DNA of 64,000 bases, taken from contig OZ024745.1 in NCBI GenBank assembly GCA_964016885.1, positions 129,208,001 through 129,272,000 on the forward strand, written 5' to 3'. Under the pieces are notes generated by a model, which did no database searches, had not been told where the DNA came from, and saw only the letters and a program-made list of their open reading frames with translations. Below are positions 12,223-27,863 of the stretch, piece by piece. The first letter of the stretch is position 1. Every line of letters starts with the position of its first letter. This DNA comes from Eledone cirrhosa. Taxonomy: Eukaryota. The position numbers and the translations under genes were made by a program.

Positions 12223-12776
12223 TATTTAAAGAAAATAATCTATTTGAAATGGCATCGACCAAAGCTATGCCATATACACTTCTATTCTAATCTATTACCC
12301 ATTTCATAATAATATTGATACGTCATGTGACGGAGACATACTAACCTTACTAGTGATATCTACAATATGTATATATAATGTCAAAAGATTAATCTCAGAC
12401 ACCATTCTCTGATATTTCTACTATCGCTACACCTTCTATTAAATCATTCATATTATTTCTATACCCACCTCCTCCTCTCTCTCCCCATCTCTCTCTTATG
12501 TTTTCCTGTTTGTCTTTCTTGTCCACTCTCTCTATGTCTCTCTCACTCTCACTCTCTCCCCCTCTCTCTCTATTCATGTGTTCTGTATAAAGCCATAGCT
12601 AACTATCCTCTTGAATATATGTCACTATGTTACAATGTCATTTATCAATGAAGTTTTAAATTTGTTTATAGATTAGACTCCGCCTTCTCCTCTCTTTCCT
12701 TCTTTGTCACCTCCTCTCCCTTCCTCTCTCACCTCTTTTGCCTCTCATCCTCTCTCATCATTATCACCATCGTACT

Positions 12777-12853
<77 letters not shown>

Positions 12854-13261
12854 TCATATATATATTTGTGTGTGTTTGTGAGTGTGCACCACGACCAACA
12901 ACAACAGTATCATCAACCCTCCCTCCGCCAGCACTAGCACCTGCACCACCACCAGCAATAATCAAATGTAAGTAGACCGCCATCGACAAAGACAAAATCT
13001 AAGAAAGATTGCTTCAGTAATATAATAGAGATATTTGTTGGATGTCTTGATAATTACAGTATTGTTGATATTACTGATGACAGCAATAACAGGGATTGAA
13101 CAAAATAACAGACAACTACATCAACGACGACAACAACAGCAACAACAACAACAACAATAACAATGATAAGAATGGATTGTTATTTAAGAAAAAGGCCAGC
13201 AATTTGGGAGGAGGAGAAAATCGATTAAATCGATCCCAGAGCCAATCCGCCACCCTCGACA

Positions 13262-13697
13262 TAATAATTGTTTCTACTTTTGTCACAAGGCCAGCAATTA
13301 CCCAGTGTATTACTGGTACTTTATTTTATCGACTCCGTCAGGATCAAAGGCAAAGCTAACACCTGCGGGATTTGAACTGAGATCATAAATGGCCATAACT
13401 CTATGCTGCAAAGCATGGCGTCTGACGCTCTACCGATACTGCCAATCCACCACACTCTGATATAATAATAATGATAATGGTTTCTGATTTAGGCACAAGG
13501 CCAGCAATTTTGGAGGAGGCGAAAGTCGATTAAATCGATATGAGTGCATTACTGATATTTTATTTTATCGACCCTGTAAGGATGAAAGGCAAAGTTAACC
13601 TCGGCGGGATTTGAACTCCGAACTCAAAGGGCCGTAACTATATGTTGCGAAGCAGGTTGTCAGACGTCCTACCAATAATGCCAATCCACCGCCCTAA
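13262..13697 (-). mobile_element. Two tandem tRNA-derived SINE copies
   Basis: Reverse complement of the 2738-3482 family. Confidence 0.9.
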
Positions 13698-13889
13698 AAA
13701 GATTAATGGGATACCCTACAAGTATCTCCTGACCAAGATTTGAACCCCAGAGACCAGGATCTCCACCATCTCTAATACCTCCCACACGGGCATCAGATGG
13801 AGGAGAGAGGTCACAACATTAAATACGGTGTCTTTCATAGAAATAAAAAGAAAAAGGTGTACAAGCTGGATATACACAGTCCCCCCCCC

Positions 13890-13925
13890 CCCTCCTCCTC
13901 CTCCTCCTCCTCATCATCATCATCC

Positions 13926-13959
<34 letters not shown>

Positions 13960-14275
13960 TATCATGTCGAGTTTCCTCGGACAACGTCGATAGTTACGCT
14001 TCTCCACTTGTCCCTATCCAGCATGGCTTCCGAGAGTTCATCGTTTCTAAGATTCATGTCTTTAAAAACCCACCCAAGAAACGTAACATGAGGCTGACCT
14101 CTTTTTCTTCTATGAAGTATGGGTTCCCATAGTATTAACTGGAGTAATGACTCTATCTGATCTCTTCGCCATACGTGACAAATGAAACTGAGTTTTTTAG
14201 CCTTTATGACGTCTGTAATAGCTCCCATGTCACCATATAGAGACATGTTTGTTCTGTGCTCTTTTCTTTTTGATA
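13890..14275 (-). mobile_element. RTE/RTEX-like LINE 3' fragment with (GAT)n tail
   Basis: SLYGDMGAITDVIKAKKLSFICHVWRR...LILWEP..RRKRGQP...AMLDRDKW. Confidence 0.75.
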
Positions 14276-14992
14276 TAGCTGATTTAATATAGAGATTTAA
14301 TATAGAGATTTAATATAGAGATTTGAGCAATATTTGTCTGCTATTTCTTGCAGTGCGAGTGACCTCTCGCACAGACCTTCGATAAGAGTAACACAACCTT
14401 TTTATGCTGACTGGATCAACACAGTAAGTTATTATTGACCGAATAGACACATTGTGTTAGTTTTAACTGGACAGACTCAATTCATTGTTTAGCGTTGAGT
14501 GTGTAGATATAGTTCATTAATTTTGAATGAATTGACACAGATTTTTAATGTTAAATGAGTAATCAGAGTTCATTAATATTACCTGGGTATGTACAATTTA
14601 TTAATATGGAATGGATAGGCATATTTGTTGAATGTCGAGTGGGTAAATAGTGCCAATGAAGGTTGAATAGAAGAATACAATCTGTCAATGACACTGAACG
14701 GTATAGACTCTCTGGAGGGACAGATTAATTACAGCTGCTGTTTGCGACTGGTACCCGCAGAAACAAAAGATAAGAATCTAATCACCCTCACACAAAAGAC
14801 TATATTTGCTGTATGCTAAACATTTGGTGGGTGTTTGTCGTACGTAAACTAACGAATTTTTAAACTGGAAACACTTTTGTCGATGAAATCTTAACGGCAC
14901 GAATTGGTGAGACATTGGGTTTTGTCAATAGGATAGAAGCCGTTTAATTGAAATGATTTGCAGTTTAACTCACATGGCTCTCATTTGATAAA

Positions 14993-15180
14993 TAATTGTT
15001 TCTACTTTTGGCACAAGGCCAGCAATTATCCCAGTGTATTATTGGTACTTTATTTTCTCCGTAAGGATGAAAGGCAAAGTTAACCTCGGTGGGATTTGAA
15101 CTCAGACCGTAAAGAGGCGTAACTCTATGCTGCAAAGCATGGCGTCCGACCCTCTACTGATACTGCCAATCCACCGCCCT
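14993..15180 (-). mobile_element. tRNA-derived SINE
   Basis: Full family consensus on the minus strand. Confidence 0.9.
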
Positions 15181-15604
15181 TTGATAAATAATGAGAAACC
15201 GATCTAACAGAGGAACATATTTATATTTGTATTGCAGGAGAATTACTCGTGCTACGTTTAATGTAAGGTCGCATTAAACGCAACACCTCAAGCAGAGCCC
15301 GTAAGACTGCTTCAGTACTCGATTGAAGCCATTTTCATATTTTATGCTGTTAAGGGATCTGAAAGGGGTACATGAACGTTACAACGTCTCAAAACCTTTT
15401 ATCGAATTCGTTGGAAATTCCCAGTGATCGAAAAAATAGATAGCCTCTGGGTGGTCGATGTGTTACGAATGATGCTGTTAACATGTAACAAGTGCTGTTG
15501 AACAGCACTTGTTACATTAAGCCAGTAATCAGAATCAGAGGCAGGATCCATTAGAACGCATCAAGGGGATAGACGAGTTTCATATTATGTCTACTATATT
15601 TTAC

Positions 15605-16195
15605 GATGATGGAAATATAAAAAAAAAGATAAAAACAAAATTAAGTAACGAAAAAGGGGGAAATGGGTAAAAAAAGGGCAGATCTGACTGTATAGGAAAG
15701 TAGAGGAACGGACTATAAATGCCATAAATGAGAAGAAAAAGAAGGAAGGAGCAAGAACTATTAGGTAACGGAAGAAAGAGAGGGGATAGGGAAGAGGGTG
15801 ACAGACTCTACACCTAGGCCGGGATTCTGTTTCGGCTGTGCCCCGCGGACAAAACTGCGAAGGCATTTCCGCGGACAATAACCAGTGACACCCACTGAAA
15901 CAGCCTCCCCACCTCGCGGAGCTCTTACCTCAGACGGGCTGCTGATGTCCCTATTTTACGGAGGAGATCAGCTGTACAGAGTGCGAGAACGCATGATGTC
16001 TCGACGGTGGCAGGTGCAAAGAGGCCCGGTATTCGTTTGTCTTCCTGCCCTCTACATTGCGGGCCGCGGTAACGGTGTTTATGGCAAGCACGGCTTAGTT
16101 AGAGGCGGAGAACGTCACCGGTTGATATAGTCCCTATGTCTGACAGTTCCCCTCTAAGTCAGGATTATGGTTCTGGTCAGGGTTAGTTCCATACA
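15605..16195. repeat. Unclassified interspersed repeat (GC-rich body with A-rich flank)
   Basis: Diverged similarity to 46985-47338 (CCAGTGACA..., CGCGGAGCTC/CGCGGGGCTC, CAGACGGGC, CGGAGGAG). Confidence 0.55.
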
Positions 16196-16614
16196 TTGAC
16201 TGAACCAAAACAGTAGTAAATACAACAACAACAAGGTGACACTCAACAACAAGGTCAACTCAATATTCCATATTCTCCATTATTTTCTACCCACTACAAT
16301 TACCAAACGAAATAATACATTAACTAAACAGATTTTTCAGCCATTTGGCTATCTATCAAACAGTTGAAATAACTATTATGATATACTTCATACCTACCTT
16401 TGAATTCTTCTGTTGCACTGTCTGATATTCAGGGATGCAAAACTGATCTTTATATAGTTTCCACATTTCATCAATTTCTATGCTTTATTTAACTCATTAA
16501 AACACCATTAATTTCGCATAAATCTAGGTGGAGTAGAGAAATGGAAAGTAGGGAACATCATAATTGAGACATAAAATTGTTTATATTTTATAATTGGAAA
16601 GAGTGCATACATAC

Positions 16615-16671
<57 letters not shown>

Positions 16672-16783
16672 TGTGTGTGTGTGACTGAATGTGCATGTTT
16701 CTTTGTGCTTGCATATATATGTGTGTGTGTATGTGTGTGTGTTTGTGTGTGTGTGTGTGTATTTGCATGTGTTTCTTTGTGTT

Positions 16784-16822
<39 letters not shown>

Positions 16823-17777
16823 TGTGCGTGTATTTTTTCAGAATTCAGTCAAAGAGATGAATGAACGAATAGATCAATATACATAAATAAATCCTGTTTA
16901 ATGTAACTGAATTAAATTAAAAATATATCAAATTAGAAATAATTAGATATATCTTATATACGTGGGACACGTACATGTCTCAGGTAGCAGAGTGTATAGT
17001 GAATACAAACATAACTCTCTTCAGCTGAAGGGAAAATCAATATATTTTATTTTCCCTTATTTATTTGCTTGCTTTCAATATACAACAGTCTACCAGAAAC
17101 AAGTTCCTATCCTGGAGACTTTGTTTATTATTTAGTAAAAGAAGGAAGATTGTCCTCATGACGCTTTCGCTTTTCAGAGATTCTGAGACTAATGCGAGGA
17201 AGGTAGGAAGGCCTCTTCCTAGCACTAATATTCGCAATAGAGTAAACAACCGTAAAAGCATCTAAGAGCAAGGTGGGCGTGTTAAACCTGGTAAAGAATT
17301 AAATATATCATATATGTATGCCCCAATGAGACTGGTGCGAAGGAGGTAGGAAGGCGTCTACCACCAGAAGGGCTAGCACAAATGCTTGAAATAAAGCAAA
17401 AGTCTTTAATAGCATCTAAGAGCAAGATGGGGGGGGGGGGGGGGGAGGTTTAAACCTGGAAAAGGATTAAATTTACCATATAAGTAGGCCCCAATGGAAT
17501 TTGAACTCAGAATAAAAAGAGCCGGAACAATTGTTACAAGGAATCTCGTCCAGTACTGTAGCAGTTCCTCAACATGGCGGTTCTGAATTAGAACACCATT
17601 TTATCAACCCGGGTAAGAATTGGCCAATACGACTAACTTGCGGTCTAAATCTAAGCTGGTCTCCCTTTCTATGCATAGATCTTATTATCTATTGAAAAAC
17701 ATCAAAAGGAGCCCAAAACGCTATTATTTAACAACGCACATAATAAATAATTAAAAATGGTAGTTAAATTCCAATCA

Positions 17778-17853
<76 letters not shown>

Positions 17854-17856
17854 GCG

Positions 17857-17922
<66 letters not shown>

Positions 17923-17928
17923 ACATGT

Positions 17929-18157
17929 GGAGGCACGTAGCCTAGTGGTAAGGGTGTTGGACTTATGATCATAATGTGCGTGGGTTCGATTCCTGGGTTG
18001 CGTGTTGTGTTCTTGAGCAAAACACTTCATTACACGTTGTTTCAATATACCCAACAAAAAATTAGTACCAGCAATAGCTGGGTGTTTAACCATGCGATGG
18101 ACTGGCGCCCTGTCTAGGGGGGAGTCTTGTACTCTGAAAAAATGGCATCTATGAAAC
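17929..18157 (+). mobile_element. CORE-type SINE
   Basis: TAGCCTAGTGGTAAG, GGTTCGATTCC and TCTTGAGCAAAACACTT. Confidence 0.7.
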
Positions 18158-20039
18158 AAAAAGCTCAGTGTGGAAAGATTTTAAGCTCACCTTGTGTATA
18201 TTATTGTACTCCCAATTATAAAGCACATCCACAGATAGATCTTCGTTAACGCAAATTCCTTGCTTAAAATCTCAATACAGACAATGAACACCCACAAAAC
18301 ATCTTTCTGTACACAAATAATTAGTTTTCGCATATTTGTGCGTTCATATTTCAATACGTGTGTCCTCACAAAGATATTTCATAGAACTTTTCTATAAAAA
18401 ATCCCAATATATAGTTGAAATCGAAGTTAAAATGTGCCTGAATTTGAGCCCGAGTCGTGGAGTAAGGTTGCAAGACACTCACGTCTTGGTTTATGTCACA
18501 TGTGTCACTTTATTTTCAAATATTTCTGACATGTTGATTTTTGTCTCCAACACAAAATTTATTACCACTTACTTATAACCATATACACTTTTTATATATG
18601 TGTATAGAACTTCACACTTCATTATAACACAATGACCAAGACTGTAACAAGCTTCAGGTTATCGAGTTAATCGGTTTCACTGAAATATGTAGTACTACAT
18701 TTGTGACATGAACACTTGTAATTTAGTCGACCCACAGCGTAGCCCATAAAGGTAAAGCTACTGAGATGGACGTTATCGTTGGAGAACTTGTAAATTTTAC
18801 ATTTTCGAGTGCGACAATTTCTATTACAGCTTGCAAGACTGGCTTAGATTGTCTGGCTACAGTTCAGCCAGCTTACATCATGCGCCCATTTCAATTCTAA
18901 GAGAATTTCTGCTTTTCAGTTATTAGGTCTGACGCTACTACAACAATACAAAATATAGTATTAGCACTGTTAAAGATCACTAAAATTATCTTAAGATGTA
19001 ACTTAAAAGTGTTAGCATAGAATAAGTGGATGAGAGCTGGTTAAAAGAAGTCCATTGAATTAAGCGTGAAACAGTTAACGTTAATAAAATATTCCTAACA
19101 AGGACTTAACATAATAGAATCAAATTCCTATTGTCACTGCCTCCGCCTCTCTCACCCTCCATATCTCTCAATATTATAAGCAAATGGGGGCCCATACGCT
19201 GATGTTAGTAAGCAATTGATTAATTCCCTATTTCTACAGCAGCATTAGCAATCACAAAAGTTGCAACAGCAATAAGTGAAACAATAGCAATAATAACTGA
19301 AGCAGTAGCAGTAACAACAGTAGTTGACAACGTGTGTGTGTGACTATGAATGAAAGCAAACGACCATAACAGGCAATAATTGCCACAAATACAACAAAAA
19401 CAATTCCAGGCATATTGTGATATTGATATAAGTAGATGTAATAAAAGTAGAAAGAAAGAAAAAAGAGAACGAAAGACGCAAACAAACAAGGAAAGTTCAC
19501 TCTATTTTAAACCGTTATGTTTACATAGCTATAAGTCAAACCCATAGATAATAGTTGCTGGGAGTTTTATGATAACTTTCCTCAAACTGCCAGTATGTCT
19601 ACGATTTGGCCTCCAAAAGCCACTTTCTCACACTGATTATTTTACTCAATTCACCGTTTTTACGTTCTGAACATGCTGACAAATATGTCTCCTCTTTGAC
19701 CTGCTAGAAATGACAGCAAAATTTCCTTTAATTCATACTCTAACTTCTTAATAGCTATTCCTAAATCTACATGGTAATATGAAGTACTTGATGAAAGAAA
19801 GGGAATTACGAGGTGGTCATTCCTGGAATGTATTTGATCTCATATCTACATATCTGGGCTGACTTGCAGCTACCTAACAACAAATCAATCATTACTGTTT
19901 CAATATTTAATGAGAAAATCATTATCTCTCAGTTCTAATCTTAACAGTCAAATCTTTGTTGTGACTCCTTCACTCTAGTTTTTATGTGTTATAAATGTCT
20001 TCTAATGCGTCTAGAGTGGCAATGATTATCTATAGATTG

Positions 20040-20460
20040 TCCGACTTTCCCAGCCCTAACGGAAAATAGTTCTATGAGAAACTGAGACCAGCCATCGAGG
20101 CTACTTACTGGTCGTAGAAGCTCAACATTCTTGGATTGCGAAGGCTAGGAATATGTGATGGGGAGACATGGCTTTGGTCAATGCAACAGCAAAGGGTATC
20201 TGTTACTTGACACTTGTGTGGCTTTCAACTCTTTAATCACTAACACCGACTTCCAGCTTCCACATAGTAAGAAGACGTCTTGAATACACCCTCTCTCTAA
20301 GCACGTCACCGTGAGGCACCGAGATAGACAAGATGTGTGGATCACTAAAGCAGTGGACCGAACATAGACTATTAGTCTTCAAGCTGGAACTTCACGGTCA
20401 ACATACGCTTACAAGGAAAGAAAATATCACAACACCTATCTGACTCCAAGCTGAGGCCTA
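20040..20460 (+). pseudogene. Degenerate RTE APE-endonuclease fragment
   Basis: GRHGFGQCNSKGYLLLDTCVAFNSLITNTDFQLPHSKKTS*IHPLSKH resembles an RTE/BovB endonuclease. Confidence 0.65.
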
Positions 20461-20511
20461 GTTTTCCGAGAGTCTTTCTAATATTCTTATATGTGTGTGT
20501 GTGTGTGTGTA

Positions 20512-20698
20512 TCCCGGGTTCAATCGGGGGTAACCACAGTAAGTAAGGTACTCAATACAGAGCAGAGTATAAATATTTAATATAGAAATGGCTTCTACAG
20601 GACAAGAAATATTTCATTCGAAGGAAATCACCAGGAAAGACCTGATGATTTCCTTTGAATGAAACAATTCTAACCCTGTAGAAGCAATTTCTATATTA
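20512..20698. mobile_element. Fold-back hammerhead element (1209-1422 family), both cores impaired
   Basis: Plus copy CTGATGA 20642-20648...GAAAC...GTA lacks the 5' side of stem I. The minus copy has CTGGTGA. Confidence 0.8.
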
Positions 20699-20717
20699 TA
20701 TATATATATATATACAT

Positions 20718-20910
20718 AACGAAGGAAATGTGGTAAAGAACCAGGTGGACCATAACGCACCAAAGTACTCAATACTTGAGGTAGTAGAGTGGGTAATAGG
20801 AACCAGTAAGACCCCGACAGCTGAGCTCAAGCCGTTTCGACGGCTAATTCTGGACTGAATTAGCCGTCGAAACGGCTTGAGCTCAGCTGTCGGGGTCTTA
20901 CTGGTTCCTA
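20718..20910. mobile_element. Fold-back element centred on hammerhead stem II (8793 family)
   Basis: Perfect palindrome around GACGGCTAATTC-tggact-GAATTAGCCGTC, flanked by (TA)n. Confidence 0.85.
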
Positions 20911-21039
20911 TATATATATATATCCAAAACTAAAATTAAGGGTTGTCATGTCTGAGAGATATGCGCCATATCCACTGTAGAATAAGCTCAAAGATTCCAA
21001 TGAATAGATCCGAGCATTACATATCAACTAGAAATAGAT

Positions 21040-21093
<54 letters not shown>

Positions 21094-21609
21094 GATTCAT
21101 TCCTTTATCTCAAATTAGAATACACCGCCTAAGCGGGGGTTACCTCCCTTCGGACAAAACCATGTGTTGGTGGCGACCTTTAAAGTCACAGCATACCCGC
21201 TTTGGCTAAGAACGAAAGACTTGCTGAAGAAGTAAATCCTATGTTCTGTCGTCAAAAACCATTATATTGCAGACTCCTGCAATAGGAATTTGTCGATCAT
21301 GGATTTGCAGAAACTTAACGCTGTCGCTGCGTGCGATTTTGCGATCAATATTGTGGAAACACCATGTTGATTGTATATTTTACACCAGCCTCAGCGTTAT
21401 GTCCTGGTCAGTAAAAAATCTTTACCTGGGTCCTGTATTTTCGTTGCTCTAGTGATGCGGTCGGACTGCCGACTGCTATATCTAATTTGCTAAGCTGTCT
21501 GAACATAATGTTATACTCTGGGGTCTTACCAGAGTGCTAAAGCTACAAACCGAATAAGCATACACGCTAGCTTGGCCGTATACTAGAGCTTTGTCTATGC
21601 TGTACTAAA

Positions 21610-21691
<82 letters not shown>

Positions 21692-22164
21692 TACTTAATC
21701 CATTCTATAAATTATAATTATAAAGCACTTTTAAACTCATCCAAATACAACAGTAAATAAATGTATCAAATTCTCTTAGATTTTTCTTTCCTTTCTAAGT
21801 TTCTATGTTGTCATACTATGCATACTGCAAATTAACTTGAAGCCTATTTAAAGAACTCTTCACTACTAAAGGTCGCGACCATAGGACAGAAACAATAAAA
21901 TATACGAACGATGTTTTTCAAGTTCCCACTTAACCCGAATATTTCATTGGCTGCTTGTTGTGACTTTGCTCAAAGTCCTTCATCTACAATGTAGTTGATC
22001 GATAGTTCTATGACGTTTACAAACAATATTAAAACATAGTACTAAATAAAAACTGTAATAGCAACGACCATATCAATAGCAACAGCATCGGCAAAATATA
22101 AGTAGTTATAATTCAAACGTTGAACAACAATAAATCTTATCGTGTCATTAATGGTAATTCATTA

Positions 22165-23015
22165 TAGTGGTGGTAGTGGTATTGGTAGCTGGTGCTGGTG
22201 GTAGTGGTGTTGGTGGTAGTGGTATGTGTTGGTAGTGGTGGTAGTGGTGGTAGTGGTAGTGGTAGCAGTGGTGTTGGTGGTAGTGGTGTTGGTGGTAGTG
22301 GTATGTGTTGGTAGTGGTGGTAGTGGTGGTAGTGGTATTGGTAGCAGTGGTGTTGGTGGTAGTGTTGTTGGTGGTAGTGGTATTGTGCTGGTAGTAGTGG
22401 TAGTGGTGGTAGTGGTGTTGGTGGTAGTGGTATGTGTTGGTAGTGGTGGTAGTGGTGGTAGTGGTATTGGTAGCAGTGGTGTTGGTGGTAGTGGTGTTGG
22501 TGGTAGTGGTATGTGTTGGTAGTGGTGGTAGTGGTGGTAGTGGTAGTGGTAGCAGTGGTGTTGGTGGTAGTGTTGTTGGTGGTAGTGGTATTGTGCTGGT
22601 AGTGGTGGTAGTGGTGGTAGTGGTAGTGATAGCAGTGGTGTTGGTGGTAGTGTTGTTGGTGGTAGTGGTATGTGTTGGTAGTGGTGGTAGTGGTGGTAGT
22701 GGTATTGGTGGTAGTGGTATTGTGTTGGTAGTAGTGGTAGTGGTGGTAGTGGTGTTGGTGGTAGTGGTATTGTGTTGGTAGTAGTGGTAGTGGTGGTAGT
22801 GGTGTTGGTGGTAGTGGTGTTGGTGGTAGTGGTATTGTGTTGGTAGTACTGGTAGTGGTGTTGTTAATTGTGATAATGGTGTTGCTAGTGTTGGTGTTGG
22901 TAGTAGTGATAGTGGTGTTGGTGGTGGTACTGGTGGTGGTAGCTATGGTGATAATGCTATCACAGGAAGTGACGGTAGTGTAACAATCGTGTTGTGGTCG
23001 GTGGCTCTAGTGCTG

Positions 23016-23047
<32 letters not shown>

Positions 23048-23270
23048 CGTGATGCTGGTGGTGTTGGTGGTGGTGGTGGTGGTTGGTGGTGATGATGATG
23101 CTGGTGCTGGCGGCGCTGGTGGTGGTGGTGGTGTTGCTGGTGGTGGTGCTGGTTGTGGTGGTGGTGTTGCTGGTGCTGGTGCTGGTTGGGGTGGTGGTGG
23201 TGGTGGTGCTGGTTGTGGTGCTGGTGCTGGTGTTGCGGATGATAATAGGGGTGGTGGTTGTGGTTGTTAT
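22165..23270. repeat. Complex (GGT/AGT)-rich satellite
   Basis: Reiterated GGTAGTGGT/GGTGTTGGT blocks. The Val/Gly ORFs here are artefacts. Confidence 0.9.
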
Positions 23271-23322
23271 GTTAATATTTAAACAGGCGATCTTTCTATT
23301 GTTTGTTGGTAGTGGGCGTGAT

Positions 23323-23384
<62 letters not shown>

Positions 23385-23451
23385 ATTGTGAGTGTGTGTG
23401 TGCATGAGTGTAATGCTATGTAGTTTAGTGGTGTAATGTCGTGCAATATAA

Positions 23452-23638
23452 TGGTTTCTTATATAGGCACAAGGCCAGCAATTTTGGGGGATGGGATATT
23501 CGATAAAATCGACCCCAGTGCTTGACTGGTACTTTATTTTATCGAGCCCGTAAGGATGAAAGGCAATTTGAACACAGATCATAAAGGGCCGTATCTCTAT
23601 GCTGCAAAGCATGGCATACGACTGCCAATCCACCGCCC
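23452..23638 (-). mobile_element. tRNA-derived SINE (internally deleted)
   Basis: Family consensus on the minus strand. Confidence 0.85.
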
Positions 23639-23689
23639 AAATGTCGTGCAATATAATGTAGTGTAGTAAATTTAACGTATAATGAGGGT

Positions 23690-24445
23690 TAATATAGTTC
23701 TTGATATCGTTTGGCGTGAGGAAACCCCACTGTATCTAGACGGTAGCATCTGATCTTCTGCGCTAGTTCTTGATCTTTACCTGTAAGGGTTGTAACGTAC
23801 CAGTATCTAATTATCAACCTTGTTCTCTTCCGGACTCCCACTGGGGTCTCGGGATACCAAACCTCTGTGCTTCCATCCCACACCTCCCGGGAGAGGTTGC
23901 AAGCTCATCGCTAATTTTTGCAGCGTTTGGTGGAGACTGCAATGAATTTTAGGAACTGGCCCCTCTACACAAGGCCTGAACGGGTCTCTTGTTATACCGC
24001 GTGAAAAAAGGGCGGGATAATATTGCTTTTGTTGTGTCTTGTGATATTGCAGCGTTTTGGTGGTCCCAATCACGAAAACACCAATTTATTGCTTTTCTGA
24101 GACCCGAGAAGATTTTGAATTTTTTTTAGAGAAGGCATTTTCTTGTCTCGTTGTAGCTACATCACTAGATTGTGAGAGTTGTCTTTGGAGCTTACAGTGT
24201 TACCCATGGCCCCATCTCCCATAGTAGTTTACACTATTCAGGTGTGGTCCCAGAAATGACTGCACAGGCGGGAGTGGCGATATTAACTAACAAAACCAAT
24301 CGGCAGCAGATCCAGGGTTAGTTCAAGAGAAAGATGGTTGGAAATCCACTCTGTTGAAGTGGAGACGGTTGCTTTTGGCAGGTCCTGCTGGAAAGAGTAC
24401 TTGATGGCTCTGCCCCTACCACGCTCTCAGGAGTAAGTGGACAAG
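23690..24445. mobile_element. Degenerate RTE remnants (5' region on minus, 3' end on plus with GAA-rich tail)
   Basis: WYVTTLTGKDQELAQKIRCYRLDTVG (APE N-terminus) on minus. 24320-24445 resembles the RTE 3' end at 4410-4500. Confidence 0.6.
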
Positions 24446-25432
24446 GAGGAAGAGGAAGGGGAGGAGGAGGAGAAGAAAAAGAAGAGGGAGGAGGAGGAGA
24501 AGAAGAATAATAAGAAGAAGAAGAGGGAGGAAGAGGAGGATGAGGAGGAGACGAAGAAGAAGAAGAAGAAGATGAGAGGAGGAGGAGGAATAATAATAAT
24601 AATAATAATAATAAGAAGAAGAAGAAGAAGAAAAAGAAGGAGGAGGTTCGGAGATATTCTAATAGTTCCATGCTTCAAGAGGTTATTGAATCATTCGACT
24701 ACAGATCTTGTTTTGTCTAGACACAAAACTCTTCTCAAAAGCAGCAAAGTAGATGATGCATTTGTTAAAAAGTCTTTACCACACCTGTGCACAACTGTAA
24801 TAGGGAACTGGCATAAAGATAGGGTTTGAGTTCACCAGTTTTATTGACGTTGTGTTGAATCAAGCTTCACGCGACAGTAAATTCATTGTGACTGTCATTT
24901 TATTGAGACAGGTACGACACTTTTATCACTAAAATTGTTCCCGTTGACACTGTTTGTGAGGCTACTGTTGTTGTTGTTGTTGTTGTTGGCGGTTCAGTCA
25001 TGGTTGTTGCTGTTGTTGTTATTGTTGTAGCTGTTTTGTTGCTGTTGTTTTTATTACTCTCAATTGACGAAGTACAGTAAATAAATTATACTATCTACTG
25101 CTGGATTAACTGAATAACTGTCAACTTACTGTTAAATATATGACTAGGTTTTTATATATACTATATATGGGTAACGAAACTAAGAATAGTCTACTTGAGG
25201 GAGAGAGGGAGAGAGAGACGAGGGGATAGAGAGGGCGAGAGAGAGAGGGAGAGAGAGACGAGGGGATAGAGAGGGCGAGAGAGAGAGGGAGAGAGAGACG
25301 AGGGGATAGAGAGGGCGAGAGAGAGAGGGAGAGAGAGAGGGATGGGGAGAGAGAGAGCGAGTGGAGGAGAGAGCGAGAGATTTAGAGAGATATAGAGAAA
25401 TAGTGATAGATAGATAGATAAAGACATATATA

Positions 25433-26545
<1,113 letters not shown>

Positions 26546-26947
26546 TTTGTATTGTGTGCGTGTGGGTGGGTGGGTGTGCGTATGCATATATGTGTGTAAG
26601 TATATCTATATTTTTACATGCATGTGTATATGTTATGAAGTATACATTAAATACTTACAAATTTATCTTTACGTCTAAGTGAGGAAATGGTAGTCCATAG
26701 CAATTCCAATATAATGGCGTCGATTTTTCTCATAGATGGTATAGGAACTATAATTGTTGCCCAAACATAGGATTCACAGAAGCCAGAAAAGTCTAATTGC
26801 AGCAAAGTAGTAATACTCTGTAGGAGATTGGAATAGTACCTGCAGGTATATGAATTCAATATGGTGCGGCTAATACCAGCAATTCTTTCCAATGGTTTGC
26901 ATTGAAATATTTAGTTGTTTGATGTTCCCTATTTAGGCTTAGGCCTG

Positions 26948-27049
<102 letters not shown>

Positions 27050-27078
27050 ATGTGTGTGTGTGTGTATGTATATATATG

Positions 27079-27191
<113 letters not shown>

Positions 27192-27216
27192 GTGTGTGTG
27201 TGTATGTATATATATG

Positions 27217-27284
<68 letters not shown>

Positions 27285-27327
27285 CACAAACACACACACA
27301 CACACACACAGACATATATATATATAT

Positions 27328-27863
27328 GTAGATAAATCTACCAAGAGTTTACGGTAGTGTCCAATCCGTATGAAGAACTCAATGTATTCCGGATATCATG
27401 GAAAGAAGAGATGTAATGAAAAATCACTTTCGGTGAAAGATAAACGGTATACAGAGTCAAGATAAAATATTAAACAAATAATGAATAAACAATTCCTTAT
27501 ATTAAACAAAAAAAGTTCATTATTTAACGATCGTTTCTAGGATATATATGTGTTAGAGTTGGCATGCATATTCAACAGATCTATGTACAAAATTATACAA
27601 AATTATACAAACTATCAAGATTAAATATACATACCAACACATATATACGCCGTCTTCAGAAATAATAATTATTTCTGAAGACGGCGTATATATGTGTTGG
27701 TATGTATATTTAATCTTGATAGTTTCTATAATTTTGTATAATTTTGTACATAGATCTGTTGAATATGCATGCCAACTCTAACACATATATATCCTAGAAA
27801 CGATCGTTAAATAATGAACTTTTTTTGTTTAATATAAGGAATTGTTTATTCATTATTTGTTTA

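Noticed and set aside
21224-21320. CTGAAGA...long stem...GAAAC candidate hammerhead
   Set aside because: Stem II pairs (GTAAATCC/GGATTTGC), but no stem III, NUH or stem I could be completed. At best a decayed copy.
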